The notes: a model not told the origin generated them from the sequence alone. A DNA stretch of 64,000 bases from an uncultured Chloroflexia bacterium (GCA_963698715.1 CAVORW010000003.1:294670-358669); one strand, 5' to 3'. Positions 1 through 8,950 are shown, counted from the stretch's first letter. Program-made: numbers and translations.

Positions 1-590
1 ACTTGTGCGACCAGGATTCCAACCAGTAGTCCCGAAATGCCCAGAAATAGAGCCGAAGGGCCGGCAAGGCTCTCGCCAGGCAAGCCGGTGGAGGCGATTA
101 ACGCCTGAAAGGAAGAGCCTAGCGAACCGAAAGTGACTGCCCAGCCATGCCCAACGGAAGGGAGCAGCACCGCAGTCAGGGGCGTGAATCCCAGACCGAC
201 CAGGATCGGTGCAATTACCGCTACCGGCACCCCAAATCCGCCCACGCCTTGCAGGAATGTGGCAAAGACCCAGCCGATGATCAAGGCCTGCATTCCACGG
301 TCAGGGGTTAGATGAGGCAGGGCGCTGCCTATAGTGGCGATCGCCCCGGCTTCATCCACTACCCGGTAGAGCAGAAACGCGGCCCAAATGATGAGCAGCA
401 CATCGATGCTCAGCAGCAGGGCCCGGGCATGTGCAAGTGCCAGTAACTGCGGGCCAGCGCCGAAGAAAACGATGGCAACCAGCAGCACGCTTAAATAGCC
501 CATACCCCCCGCATTGGCCGCGCCCCAGCGACGACCAACCATTAAGTACAGGATGAGAGCAATTGGGATGATGGCAAGGATGAAATTCAA
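1..590 (-). CDS. L-lactate permease family transporter (LctP/GlcA family), N-terminal part; the 3' end runs off the window
   Basis: Absent from the ORF track because the window edge truncates it. My own minus-strand translation from a TTG at 588-590 is open down to position 1. It reads MNFILAIIPIALILYLMVGRRWG...LTPDRGMQALIIGWVFATFLQGVGGFGVPVAVIAPILVGLGFTPL... This matches the conserved ITPDQR..FLEGAAGFGAPVAI..LVGLGF block of E. coli LldP/GlcA. The TTG start is a guess. Confidence 0.7.
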   Translation of the reverse strand, partial: MNFILAIIPIALILYLMVGRRWGAANAGGMGYLSVLLVAIVFFGAGPQLLALAHARALLLSIDVLLIIWAAFLLYRVVDEAGAIATIGSALPHLTPDRGMQALIIGWVFATFLQGVGGFGVPVAVIAPILVGLGFTPLTAVLLPSVGHGWAVTFGSLGSSFQALIASTGLPGESLAGPSALFLGISGLLVGILVAQ

Positions 591-603
591 GTTTGTGATG
601 TCC

Positions 604-1377
604 CTATTCTCCGCCCTTTAAATAAATCCCATCCGGATCAAGCTCTGTGCGTAAAATCCGCAGCTCCCCAGTTGCAGGAGGTTCGGTCGTGCGCAGCGAA
701 TCGGCAACTTTGATCTCCCAACCGGTATTTTGCTGAACTTCTGCAACCGTTTTTTCAGGATGCAGAGCAGTTAAAACCAGTTCGCCATTATCGTCGGGTT
801 CTAAAATGCCCAGGTCGGTCACCACTGCCTGAGGCCCGCTGCCGCGCAGCCGGGCGCGCTCACGCTCGTCCCGCCCATCCAGGAAGCCGGCTGAAGTGCG
901 GAAATGGACCCGCTCTGGAAAGCGCCGTTTTTGGTGGGGTGTGATGATGTAGCAGCGGTTGGCCCAGGCGGCGATCTCCATCGAGCCGCCAGAACCAGGC
1001 AGCCTCACTTTGGGGTGTTGATAATCGCCGATGACCGTTGCATTAATATTGCCGAAGCGGTCAATTTGGGCTCCACCCAAAAATCCGACATCCACATTGC
1101 CGCGCTGCAAATAGAAGGCAAAAATATCGTACATGCTGCACACCGAGATTGCACCACTTACCAAAGTTGGGTCACCGATCGAGAGCGGCAGGCGGGCGGG
1201 CTGCGCGCCAATCACCCCGGCCTCGTAAATCATAACCAGGTTTGGGGCGTGCGTGTGCCGGGCCAGGTTGCAAGCCAGATTGGGCAGGCCCACACCCACA
1301 AAAACCACATCACCATCGCGAAGCAGCCGGGCCGCGTTGATTGTCAGCAATTCGGAAGAGGTATAAGCAGTCATCAT
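604..1377 (-). CDS. CoA-transferase family I, B (beta) subunit, glutaconate/3-oxoacid CoA-transferase-like
   Basis: 257-aa ORF with GGAQIDRFGNIN and RLPGSGGSMEIA blocks typical of the B subunit. It lies 15 nt downstream of the A-subunit gene on the same strand. Confidence 0.8.
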   Translation of the reverse strand: MMTAYTSSELLTINAARLLRDGDVVFVGVGLPNLACNLARHTHAPNLVMIYEAGVIGAQPARLPLSIGDPTLVSGAISVCSMYDIFAFYLQRGNVDVGFLGGAQIDRFGNINATVIGDYQHPKVRLPGSGGSMEIAAWANRCYIITPHQKRRFPERVHFRTSAGFLDGRDERERARLRGSGPQAVVTDLGILEPDDNGELVLTALHPEKTVAEVQQNTGWEIKVADSLRTTEPPATGELRILRTELDPDGIYLKGGE

Positions 1378-1392
1378 AGGAATCCGTTTGCC

Positions 1393-2295
1393 TTAATAAT
1401 TTCCATAATTGATCGTCTCGCTGGGTCGATCGCTTACCCGCAGGCGCGCATGCGTTTCGGGGCCCAGCTTCTCCCAATACTCAGTTCGGTCTTTTACACT
1501 GTACACCCATTCATCCAGGTACGCCTGAACTCCTTGCCGAGTTTTGCTGATCTCGTCCCATTCCAGGTAAAAAGTATTGTCCCGATCGTAATATCCCTGG
1601 GTATAAGAAGGGTGAGAGGCATAGGGGACGTGGCAGACAGCATCCACGATAAAGCCGGGTATCAGGGTCCGGTTTGGGTCTGAGCGGATGATGGATTCAT
1701 CAACCACCTCCTCCGTAGTCAGGATAACCCGTTGGGCCGCGAAGGCCGCTTCTTTTTGTTCACCTATAATGCCCCAGATTTGTGCATTACCATCGGTATC
1801 TGCGCGCTGAACATGCACGATAGCAACATCCGGTTTAAGGGCCGGCACGACAACGACCTCCTGCCCGGAATAAGGATCCAAGACTGTACGATAGTTTGGG
1901 TTGGCGCGTGCCAGATCAGCCGCGGCGGTGGGATTCATCGGCATGAACGGCAGGCCGGTTGCCCCGGCTTGCAAACGGGAGATCATTCCGAAGTGAGAGT
2001 ATTCTTCCCACTCTAAATTGCCAGCTTCCAGTTCGGCCCGTACGAAGCGCAATGAGCCAACACCTGGATTGCCCATATAGGAGAAAATTACTTTGCGGGC
2101 GCAGCCGGCAGCCACCATTTGATCATAGATAAGATCCGGTGTGGCTCTTGCCAGAACAAGATCTTTGAGCCCTTGCCGGATGATCTCATGCCCGGCGGCA
2201 AAGGGGATTAGGTGGGTGAATCCGGCAGCGTATATACAGTCGCCTGGATTTACAAGGCGGGAAATCGCGTCAGGCAGGGAGGTTATTTTGCTCAT
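1393..2295 (-). CDS. CoA-transferase family I, A (alpha) subunit
   Basis: 300-aa ORF. The N-terminus MSKITSLPDAISRLVNPGDCIYAAGF and the GNPGVGSLR / GLPFMPMN blocks resemble GctA/AtoD-type subunits. It is paired with the B subunit. Confidence 0.8.
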   Translation of the reverse strand: MSKITSLPDAISRLVNPGDCIYAAGFTHLIPFAAGHEIIRQGLKDLVLARATPDLIYDQMVAAGCARKVIFSYMGNPGVGSLRFVRAELEAGNLEWEEYSHFGMISRLQAGATGLPFMPMNPTAAADLARANPNYRTVLDPYSGQEVVVVPALKPDVAIVHVQRADTDGNAQIWGIIGEQKEAAFAAQRVILTTEEVVDESIIRSDPNRTLIPGFIVDAVCHVPYASHPSYTQGYYDRDNTFYLEWDEISKTRQGVQAYLDEWVYSVKDRTEYWEKLGPETHARLRVSDRPSETINYGNY

Positions 2296-2332
2296 GGATG
2301 TTCCATTTGAGGGGCTTTAAATTATTCCAAGA

Positions 2333-2605
2333 TTATCTTTCTTTTTGATCCGATTTTTTCTCTTCTTGTTTTTGATCTGGACGATTCGATCCGCGCAGGA
2401 GTCGAAAACGCCCGCTTGGTTGAGCAGGAGGCCGGTCGCGCCAGTATAGGTATATGCCAAAGATGATAATAGTCAATCCCCCGCAAAAAAAGTTATAGGC
2501 AGGCCGATCCATCTGATCGGTGCCAAAAAAAATTACCAGCAAGATAAGTCCAATGACGAGAAAAAACTGGCCAACTTTTGCTATCATCGAAATCTGGTAG
2601 GTCAA
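2333..2605 (-). CDS. small membrane protein (two predicted TM helices, basic C-terminal tail), function unknown
   Basis: 90-aa ORF with two hydrophobic stretches (FFLVIGLILLVIFFG and GGLTIIIFGIYLYW) and a Lys/Glu-rich tail. It heads the CoA-transferase string. I recognise no family. Confidence 0.45.
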   Translation of the reverse strand: MTYQISMIAKVGQFFLVIGLILLVIFFGTDQMDRPAYNFFCGGLTIIIFGIYLYWRDRPPAQPSGRFRLLRGSNRPDQKQEEKKSDQKER

Positions 2606-2624
2606 GTAATCAAATTATGAAGCT

Positions 2625-2658
2625 ACCCTGCCCGGCGCGGTTATCGCCCGGGCAGGGT
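2625..2658 (-). terminator. GC-rich hairpin downstream of the aldehyde dehydrogenase gene
   Basis: ACCCTGCCCGG (2625-2635) pairs perfectly with CCGGGCAGGGT (2648-2658). It sits 17 nt past the minus-strand stop at 2675. There is no clear U-tract, so terminator function is tentative. Confidence 0.4.
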
Positions 2659-2674
2659 TATGGTGATCGGCAGA

Positions 2675-4249
2675 TCAGTCGATCAAAGTTTGGATCTGTT
2701 CGTGCATGTAAAGCGGCAGATAATAGTGCCCGCCAGCATTTTTGCCGGATGACCCAGAGCCTTTCCAGCCACCGAATGGCTGGAAGCCAGGCCAGGCGCC
2801 GGTCGTGGCGCCCTGCGGCCGGTTGGCATAGGTAACACCGGCTTCGATATTTTCAAAGAACCATTTGGTCTCTTCCATCGAACCATAGAAACCGGCAGTC
2901 AGCCCGTAAGCGACATCGTTGCTGTGTTTCATGGCCTCGGCCAGGCTGCTGACCCTGGCCAGTGTGGTGATTGGCAGGAACATTTCATGCTTCCACAAGC
3001 GATGGTTGAAGGGCAGATCCGCGACCAGTGTTGGTGGGCAGAAATAACCCTGCCCGTAGTCTCCTTCTGTCAAAACTTTTCCGCCAGTCAGGAAGCGCCC
3101 AGCCTGAGACAGCTCTTCGGTGAAGTCGATGAAATCCTGGTAAGAGCTCTTATTGACTACCGGGCCCTGGTAAACCGATCGATCGGTTGGATCGCCAATG
3201 GTCAGTTTCTGGGTTAATTCAACTACTTTGGGGACCAGTTCGTCGTAAACTTGATCTTCGATATAAACACGCGAGCAAGCCGAGCATTTTTGTCCCTGCA
3301 ACCCGAATGCAGAGCGGACGATCCCGATTGCAGCTCGCTCGAGATCGGCGTTTCTGGAAACAATCGCGGGGTTTTTCCCGCCCAGTTCAAGAATAGCGGG
3401 GCGTACGTAATTGCCCTCGGCAAAATCGCGGAAGATCTTCATACCGACATCGAATGAGCCTGTGAAAGTGACCCCGTCCACTTCTGGGCTATCGATTAAT
3501 GCCTGACCGAGGGTCCGTCCCGGACCAGTTACGTAATTGAAAGCCCCTTCAGGCAGCCCGGCATCCCGAAAACAATCAGCCAGCATTCGAACGAGCCAGG
3601 GTGTGTCGGTGGCGGGTTTCATGACCACGGTATTGCCAGTCACCAGAGCCGCTCCGGCGGGTCCGCCGGTGAGCGCGCCGGGAAAATTGAACGGGCTGAT
3701 CACCAACCATACCCCATAAGGTTTTAAGATGGACATATTGGTGGCTGTATATCCCACCAGTGGGTCACGGCCCATCTCGACAATAAAACCGTCGTTTTTC
3801 TCCATCTGGTAGCAGGAATACCGGATCAGGTCGGCAGTTTCGGCCACATCCCCCAGGGCTTCCATCCGGTTTTTGCCCACCTCCATCGCCATGACTGCAC
3901 CCATTTCGAAAATGCGCTGGTCGATGAGATCGGCAGCCTTGCGAAGTAAAGCAACTCGATCCTGCCATTTCATGCCGCTCCATTTTGGGAATGCTTTTCG
4001 GGCGGCGGCCAGCGCGTCCTGGGCATCCTGGGCGGTTCCTTTTTGGAAAACCCCTAACGTGACGTTTGTATTGGTTGGCGACCGGCTTTCGAATTTCTCT
4101 TCAGCAAAACGATCCTTTCCATTGATGATCATGCCATACTCTTGTCCCAGGCTGGCTCTGATCTTGGCCAACGCCTCTTCGAACCGGGTATGCAGTTCTT
4201 CCGGCGGGTTGAACATCGTGGCGTAGGTCAGTTTAAATGTTTCGGTCAT
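2675..4249 (-). CDS. aldehyde dehydrogenase family, most like L-glutamate gamma-semialdehyde (1-pyrroline-5-carboxylate) dehydrogenase RocA/PruA type
   Basis: The track ORF (606 aa) has an implausible 82-aa N-terminal extension. An internal ATG at 4247-4249 is preceded by AGGAGG (CCTCCT on the + strand at 4259-4264). ALDH motifs are present: FNFPGA, VVMKPA, ELGGKNPAIV, GQKCSACSRVYI. The length of about 524 aa and the QKCSACSR block resemble Bacillus RocA. Confidence 0.75.
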   Translation of the reverse strand: MTETFKLTYATMFNPPEELHTRFEEALAKIRASLGQEYGMIINGKDRFAEEKFESRSPTNTNVTLGVFQKGTAQDAQDALAAARKAFPKWSGMKWQDRVALLRKAADLIDQRIFEMGAVMAMEVGKNRMEALGDVAETADLIRYSCYQMEKNDGFIVEMGRDPLVGYTATNMSILKPYGVWLVISPFNFPGALTGGPAGAALVTGNTVVMKPATDTPWLVRMLADCFRDAGLPEGAFNYVTGPGRTLGQALIDSPEVDGVTFTGSFDVGMKIFRDFAEGNYVRPAILELGGKNPAIVSRNADLERAAIGIVRSAFGLQGQKCSACSRVYIEDQVYDELVPKVVELTQKLTIGDPTDRSVYQGPVVNKSSYQDFIDFTEELSQAGRFLTGGKVLTEGDYGQGYFCPPTLVADLPFNHRLWKHEMFLPITTLARVSSLAEAMKHSNDVAYGLTAGFYGSMEETKWFFENIEAGVTYANRPQGATTGAWPGFQPFGGWKGSGSSGKNAGGHYYLPLYMHEQIQTLID

Positions 4250-4511
4250 GCTTGCTAGCCTCCTTATTAAGCTAGAAAAGGGTTGTGTCACAAGGGCAAG
4301 CTCCAGGAGAGCTCGCCTGTAACGTTGGTTGGATTTTGGGAATTGTTGAGCAGCTGCGCAGGTCTTCATGGTGAAGGAACCTTTCAGGACGATGGAGGTC
4401 TTCAAAATGAACAGGAAAAAATTCAACCCGGCAGTTACCCATAAATTATTAATGTGCGGTTCCATAAGTATAGCCGAGCCTTGCGTTCTCGTCAAAAGGG
4501 ATATTATGGGT

Positions 4512-4938
4512 TTATGGGAGATCCTGTGGTCCGTTTACACCCATCCTCGCTTCGTGGGCGCGCAGGGCAGCCTGCACACAGTCAGAGACTTGCAATTTGT
4601 TGAAGATGTTGGAAACGTGGTTGGGCACGTTTTGTGAGATATTGTCAGTTGGTTAGCAATTTCGACATTATTCACGCCCTGGGCGATCAATTCCAGGATT
4701 TGGCGCTCGAGCTCGGTCAGTTTGGAGAAGGCCGGAGGCGGGGTTTGCTTGGGGGTATGATGTAAATCCATCAGAATCACATCGGGTTGAAGTTTAACCG
4801 CAGATTCTGTGGCTTAACCGCCATCTTCCACCTTGACAACCACTTCCACACCCGGTACGGATTACAGTAGGGCGCTGAGGCTATCCCGAAAGAGGGTGCT
4901 TATCTATCTCGATCACGAATAATACGCCCTTGGTCATC
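4512..4938 (-). pseudogene. decayed NarL/FixJ (LuxR-HTH) response regulator
   Basis: My minus-strand translation recovers MTKGVLFVIEIDKHP / LFRDSLSALL* / SVPGVEVVVKVEDGG* / ATESAVKLQPDVILMDL...LTELERQILELIAQGVNNVEIANQLTISHKT / PNHVSNIFNKLQVSDCVQAALRA. These are receiver and HTH motifs spread over different frames. They are interrupted by two in-frame TAA stops and at least two frameshifts, and most of the receiver domain after PDVILMDL is missing. Confidence 0.6.
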
Positions 4939-5189
4939 TGCATACCGAAGGCGCATTTGTGTTTTGAACGTCAATCATACCGTTATTACAGCCTTATTTA
5001 TTGTAGTTAGGCAATTTGCCCTCTTTTTCTGTTGCGTCCTGGCCGGTTTTGCGCTAAACTCATAGGAAAGACAACGAGAAGCAATTCGAATTTCGAAAAT
5101 GCGTGCCTGTCCCTGCGAAGGACCTTTTGCTCCTAACCTGGCGAGGCGCGCAAGCATTCCAGGCTGGCGTCAAGGTGACGGGGATTCGC

Positions 5190-5960
5190 ATGCTATTTAA
5201 TCACACCACTTTCTTGGGGATCGATCCAACTGCTGGGCAGCGTCCGTTTGTCTACGTGGCGCTAGATTATGAATGTAACCTGCTGGCTCTAGGCGAGGGG
5301 CACATGGATGAGGTGCTGGCTTTTGCAGCCGGCCAGCGGGAAGCAATGGTGGCTGTATGCGGGCCGCGCCGGCCGAACCAGGGTTTGATGGCAGACTCGG
5401 ATGTGCGCCAGCGGCTTTCACCTACCCCTAAGCCGGGCCGCTACGTCGATTTTCGACTGGCAGAATACCAGCTGCGCCAGCACAATCTCAGTATTCCTCA
5501 AACCCTGTCCAACTCACAAGCCAGCCAGAACTGGATGCAGGAGAGTTTCACCCTGTTCCGCCGCCTGGAGGGCTTTGGATACCTCACCTATCCTGATGAA
5601 AACGCTTCTTGCCAGCTGATGGAAGTGTATCCGCATGCTTGTTATGCGGCATTGTTGGGCAAGCTGCCTTTCCCCAAAAATACTCTGGAGGGCCGCTTGC
5701 AGCGCCAGCTTGTGCTGTATGAGAATAAAGTCAAAGTAAGTGACCCGATGCGCTTTTTTGAAGAGATCACGCGCTATCGCCTTTTGAATGGCATCCTGCC
5801 AGACGATGGGCTCTACAGCGTGGAAGAACTGGACGCGCTGGTGGCAGCCTATACGGCCTGGCTGGTGAGTACGCATCCCGAAGAGACCAGTATGGTGGGG
5901 GACACCCAAGAAGGGCAGATTGTACTGCCAGTCACCGAACTGCTCGATCGTTATCAGTAA
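5190..5960 (+). CDS. predicted RNase H-fold nuclease-like protein (DUF429/COG2410-like), function unknown
   Basis: I prefer the ATG at 5190 (MLFNHTTFLGIDPTAGQRPFVYVALD...) over the longer track start. The N-terminal GIDP..G...ALD pattern and the acidic residues later (MEVYPHA, VEELDALVAAY) resemble DUF429-type proteins. The assignment is by eye only. Confidence 0.4.
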   Translation: MLFNHTTFLGIDPTAGQRPFVYVALDYECNLLALGEGHMDEVLAFAAGQREAMVAVCGPRRPNQGLMADSDVRQRLSPTPKPGRYVDFRLAEYQLRQHNLSIPQTLSNSQASQNWMQESFTLFRRLEGFGYLTYPDENASCQLMEVYPHACYAALLGKLPFPKNTLEGRLQRQLVLYENKVKVSDPMRFFEEITRYRLLNGILPDDGLYSVEELDALVAAYTAWLVSTHPEETSMVGDTQEGQIVLPVTELLDRYQ

Positions 5961-5994
5961 ACAAGGGCCCGCTCTTCAGGCAATATCCTACAGA

Positions 5995-7638
5995 ATGCCA
6001 GATTTAACCCAAAGCCTGCAAGGGCAGGATTTAACCCACCTAAAAATTGTAGCCGAGTTATGGGGCATTGAATTGAAAGCGCCAGATGCTCGGAGCGGTT
6101 TACAGCGCCTTGTGCTGGCCATGTTGGACCCGCAGCTCGTTCAAGAAACGTTAGAAACACTCCCAACCGAGGCTCTCAGGGCCCTAAACGATTTGATCGT
6201 TCATCAGGGGCAGCTGCCCTGGCCCATATTTTCAAGGCGCTATGGCCTGGTGCAGGAGATGGGCCCGGCTCGCCGGGATCGGGAAAAACCTTACCGGATC
6301 AGCACAGTCCCGGCCGAGTTACTCTGGTACCGGGCTTTGATTGGACGGGGTTTTTTAGATACTCCGAGCGGGCCCCAGGAATTTGCGTATATACCGGATG
6401 ACTTGCTTTCCGTTTTGCCAGCCCCTGGTATGGACGAGTCACCGCTGTTGGGCCGCCCGGCTTTGCCCGCCGAGCGAGCCGAGTTTTCCCAGGTCACGGA
6501 CCGTATTCTGGATCACAGCTGCACCTTGCTCGCTGGGCTCCGGCTAAATTTCCTGCCGTTAGATATTTCCAGCGATTGGGAAATCCCGGTTGATTTTTTG
6601 CTCTCTCTACTATCTGCGGCGGATTTGATCGATACTGAAAAAATACCGCAGCCCGAGCCAACCCGGGCTTTTTTAGAGTCCAACCGAGCGGAAGGGCTGG
6701 CTCAGTTAGCCTGCACCTGGCTGCACAGCTCGGAAATCAATGAGCTGCATCTGTTGCCGGGCCTGAAAGTCGAAGGAGAGTGGCAGAACGATCCCCTGCT
6801 CGCGCGCCAATCTACCCTTCATTTTATTTCCGGAGTACCAGCGAAGTCATGGTGGAGCCTGACAGCCTTCGTTCGCGCCATTCATGAAAACTATCCGGAT
6901 TTCCAGCGGCCCGCCGGCGATTACGATTCCTGGTTTTTGAGAGATGTGGAAAGCGGTAAGTTTTTGCGTGGCCCCGAGCATTGGGACGACGTAGATGGCG
7001 CCCTGATTCGCTATTTGATCACTGGACCGCTGCATTGGCTGGGTATACTTGACCTGGCCTACCCATCTAGTCTTGAGGCCGGTCCAGCCAGGCTGCCTAC
7101 AGCTTTTCGGTTCTCACAATGGGCTGAACGCTTGCTGCGTTGTGAAGCGCCAGCTGGGCTGCCAGAAGAAAACGAGCCTATCCATGTCAGTTCGGATGCT
7201 CGTCTGAATGTGCTGCGTCTGGCGCCCCGCAGTGTGCGCTACCAGATCGCGCGTTTCAGCGAATGGGACGAGCAGCGCGAAGATAGCTACCACTATCGTC
7301 TAACACCACCCTCTCTCGAGCGAGCCCGCAAGCAAGGGCTGAAGCTGGCCCATTTATTAACCCTGATCCGAAAACATGCTGCGGCTGCCCCGCCCAGCCT
7401 GATCAAAGCGCTTGAGCGTTGGGATGAGGCTGGCGTGCAGGCGCGTTTGCAGCAAGCGGTGATCTTAAAAGTGGCCAACCCTGAGTTGCTGCAAACCCTG
7501 CGCGGTTCTCGGGCAGCTCGCTTCCTGGGGGACCCTCTGGGGCCTACGGCCATAATCGTCAGACCTGAAGCTGCCAGAAAAGTCCTGTTAATCCTGGCAG
7601 AAATGGGTTACCTTGGGGAGGTTGAATTCGAAGTTTAA
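5995..7638 (+). CDS. large conserved hypothetical protein with a C-terminal XPB/Ssl2 N-terminal-like (helicase-associated, PF13625-like) region
   Basis: I prefer the ATG at 5995 (MPDLTQSLQGQDL...). The C-terminus reads YHYRLTPPSLERARKQGLKLAHLLTLIRKHA...PPSLIKALERWDE...ILKV...LLQTL...LGDPLGP..IIVRPEAARKVLLILAEMGYL. This resembles the damage-recognition/N-terminal domain of bacterial XPB helicases. No helicase ATPase motifs are present. Confidence 0.4.
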   Translation: MPDLTQSLQGQDLTHLKIVAELWGIELKAPDARSGLQRLVLAMLDPQLVQETLETLPTEALRALNDLIVHQGQLPWPIFSRRYGLVQEMGPARRDREKPYRISTVPAELLWYRALIGRGFLDTPSGPQEFAYIPDDLLSVLPAPGMDESPLLGRPALPAERAEFSQVTDRILDHSCTLLAGLRLNFLPLDISSDWEIPVDFLLSLLSAADLIDTEKIPQPEPTRAFLESNRAEGLAQLACTWLHSSEINELHLLPGLKVEGEWQNDPLLARQSTLHFISGVPAKSWWSLTAFVRAIHENYPDFQRPAGDYDSWFLRDVESGKFLRGPEHWDDVDGALIRYLITGPLHWLGILDLAYPSSLEAGPARLPTAFRFSQWAERLLRCEAPAGLPEENEPIHVSSDARLNVLRLAPRSVRYQIARFSEWDEQREDSYHYRLTPPSLERARKQGLKLAHLLTLIRKHAAAAPPSLIKALERWDEAGVQARLQQAVILKVANPELLQTLRGSRAARFLGDPLGPTAIIVRPEAARKVLLILAEMGYLGEVEFEV

Positions 7639-7706
7639 TCGCACGACCGAAGTTTTATTTTGGCTAAATGGTATTATCGGCAAGTCACTTAAGATTAAAG
7701 AGATTT

Positions 7707-7760
7707 TGTGATGTTGGTTTAGGTGGCCACACCACCCAAACCAACATCACACATCCTTCT
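7707..7760 (+). terminator. long hairpin plus T-rich tail after the 5995..7638 gene
   Basis: TGTGATGTTGGTTTAGGTGG (7707-7726) pairs with CCACCCAAACCAACATCACA (7732-7751). The stem is 20 bp with one mismatch and is followed by CATCCTTCTTTTAT. Confidence 0.6.
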
Positions 7761-8029
7761 TTTATAGGCAAAGAATTTGGCGAGAGAACCACTATAGATG
7801 GTTTATTATTACTGGAAAATATAGTAATAGGGCCAGTCGAACCTGCGTTTTGGGGAAATAGACACTGTAATCTAAATCTAATCACAATCACTCCTTTAAA
7901 CTTTCTAAATATCTGCCTGATATCCTTACAGCGTATCCAATGCAGATTGCTTGGATGACCGCGATATGGTTTTGGTAAGTCTCATATTGCGAGTAGATAA
8001 ACTCGGAGTTATTTGAAGGAGGTTCGATT

Positions 8030-8950
8030 ATGAAAAGCAAAAGCAAATTGGCACTGGCCTTTATAGGCGGCGCAGCTGTATTGGCTCTTACTGTTGGCGT
8101 TATAGCCTTTGGTTATACGTCAATTGCCCGGGCGAATGATGCAACCGGTCTGCCCGGGATCAGCCACCGCGGCGGGTCGCAGCCCTTCCCCGGCCGGGAG
8201 GGGCAGGATGATACCTTCCTGGCTGAGGCCCTTGGCATCAGCGAAGAGGAACTACAATCAGCCCAGAACACTGCTTATCAAGCTGCGGTCGATCAGGCCC
8301 TGGCCGACGGTCTTATCACTCAGGCTCAGGCTGACCAGCTCAAGAGCGGAACCAGCTTGGATGGTAAACGTGGAATTGCCGGCAGGTTTGTTTTTGGACC
8401 TGACAGTGAAATCAATCCAGATAGCTTGCTGGCAGAAGCCCTGGGTATCAGTGTGGATGATCTGACCGCAGCCCGTGAACAGGCTCAATCAGCACGGATT
8501 GCACAGGCAGTCGCGGACGGTGTCATCACCCAGGAAAAGGCCGATCAAATGGCAGCTCAGCAGGCGCTCAAGGCTTATATCGACCCACAAGCGCTGATGG
8601 CGGAAACGCTCGGTATTAGTGCCGATACGCTCCAGGCATATCACGATGAGGGTTTAAGCCTGAGCGATATCCTCGGCGAAACCGGTCTGACTGCCAGTGA
8701 ATTTGTGGAAGCCCGACAGGCAGCGTTTGAAGCTGCTCTACAGCGGGCCGTCGCTGATGGCATCATCACTCAAGCCCAGGCAGACCAGGCCATTCTGGCA
8801 GGTGGGCGCGGCGGACATTTCGGTGGTCGTGGCGAGCGAGGAGGTGGTTTCGAAATGCGGCCCGATGGTGACGGTTTCCACGGGTTCCGTGGCATGCCGA
8901 AAGCTCCTGGCGATGCAACGCCGCCAGCTGCAACAGACACCGATCTCTAA
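8030..8950 (+). CDS. secreted or membrane-anchored repeat protein with a Gly/Arg-rich C-terminus, function unknown
   Basis: GGAGG lies 7 nt upstream of the ATG. The N-terminal signal/anchor is KLALAFIGGAAVLALTVGVIAF. There are three clear internal repeats, plus a weaker fourth, of the form LAEALGIS..(E/D)L..A...A...A(V/L)ADG(L/V/I)ITQ(A/E)(Q/K)ADQ. The tail is GGRGGHFGGRGERGGGFEMRPDGDGFHGFRG. Confidence 0.6.
   Translation: MKSKSKLALAFIGGAAVLALTVGVIAFGYTSIARANDATGLPGISHRGGSQPFPGREGQDDTFLAEALGISEEELQSAQNTAYQAAVDQALADGLITQAQADQLKSGTSLDGKRGIAGRFVFGPDSEINPDSLLAEALGISVDDLTAAREQAQSARIAQAVADGVITQEKADQMAAQQALKAYIDPQALMAETLGISADTLQAYHDEGLSLSDILGETGLTASEFVEARQAAFEAALQRAVADGIITQAQADQAILAGGRGGHFGGRGERGGGFEMRPDGDGFHGFRGMPKAPGDATPPAATDTDL

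Noticed and set aside
133-315. 60-aa + strand ORF at the left edge.
   Set aside because: It is antisense to the lactate-permease frame, which stays open across 1..590 and carries conserved permease motifs.
904-1683. Long antisense ORFs opposite well-supported genes: 904..1683, 16651..17223, 23795..24751, 35208..35930, 39426..39944, 49456..50055, 58293..58871 and many shorter ones.
   Set aside because: Each lies entirely inside a gene with clear family motifs on the other strand. Their translations are low-complexity and Arg/Ala/Ser/Pro-rich with no recognisable motif. Such shadow ORFs are expected in GC-rich coding DNA.
4250-4495. The 82-aa N-terminal extension of the aldehyde dehydrogenase ORF. 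Similar upstream extensions occur on the ORFs at 5103, 5920, 10717, 17532, 19402, 46024, 52230, 56016 and 63547.
   Set aside because: In each case an internal start has a Shine-Dalgarno sequence and/or coincides with the family's usual N-terminus. The extensions have no family similarity, and some overlap neighbouring genes.
7761-8029. AT-rich ~270-nt stretch upstream of the repeat-protein gene, examined for a riboswitch or small RNA. It contains a 7-bp inverted repeat TATTACT..AGTAATA.
   Set aside because: I recognised no conserved riboswitch core and no convincing extended structure. It is most simply a promoter/5' UTR region following the strong terminator at 7707-7760.
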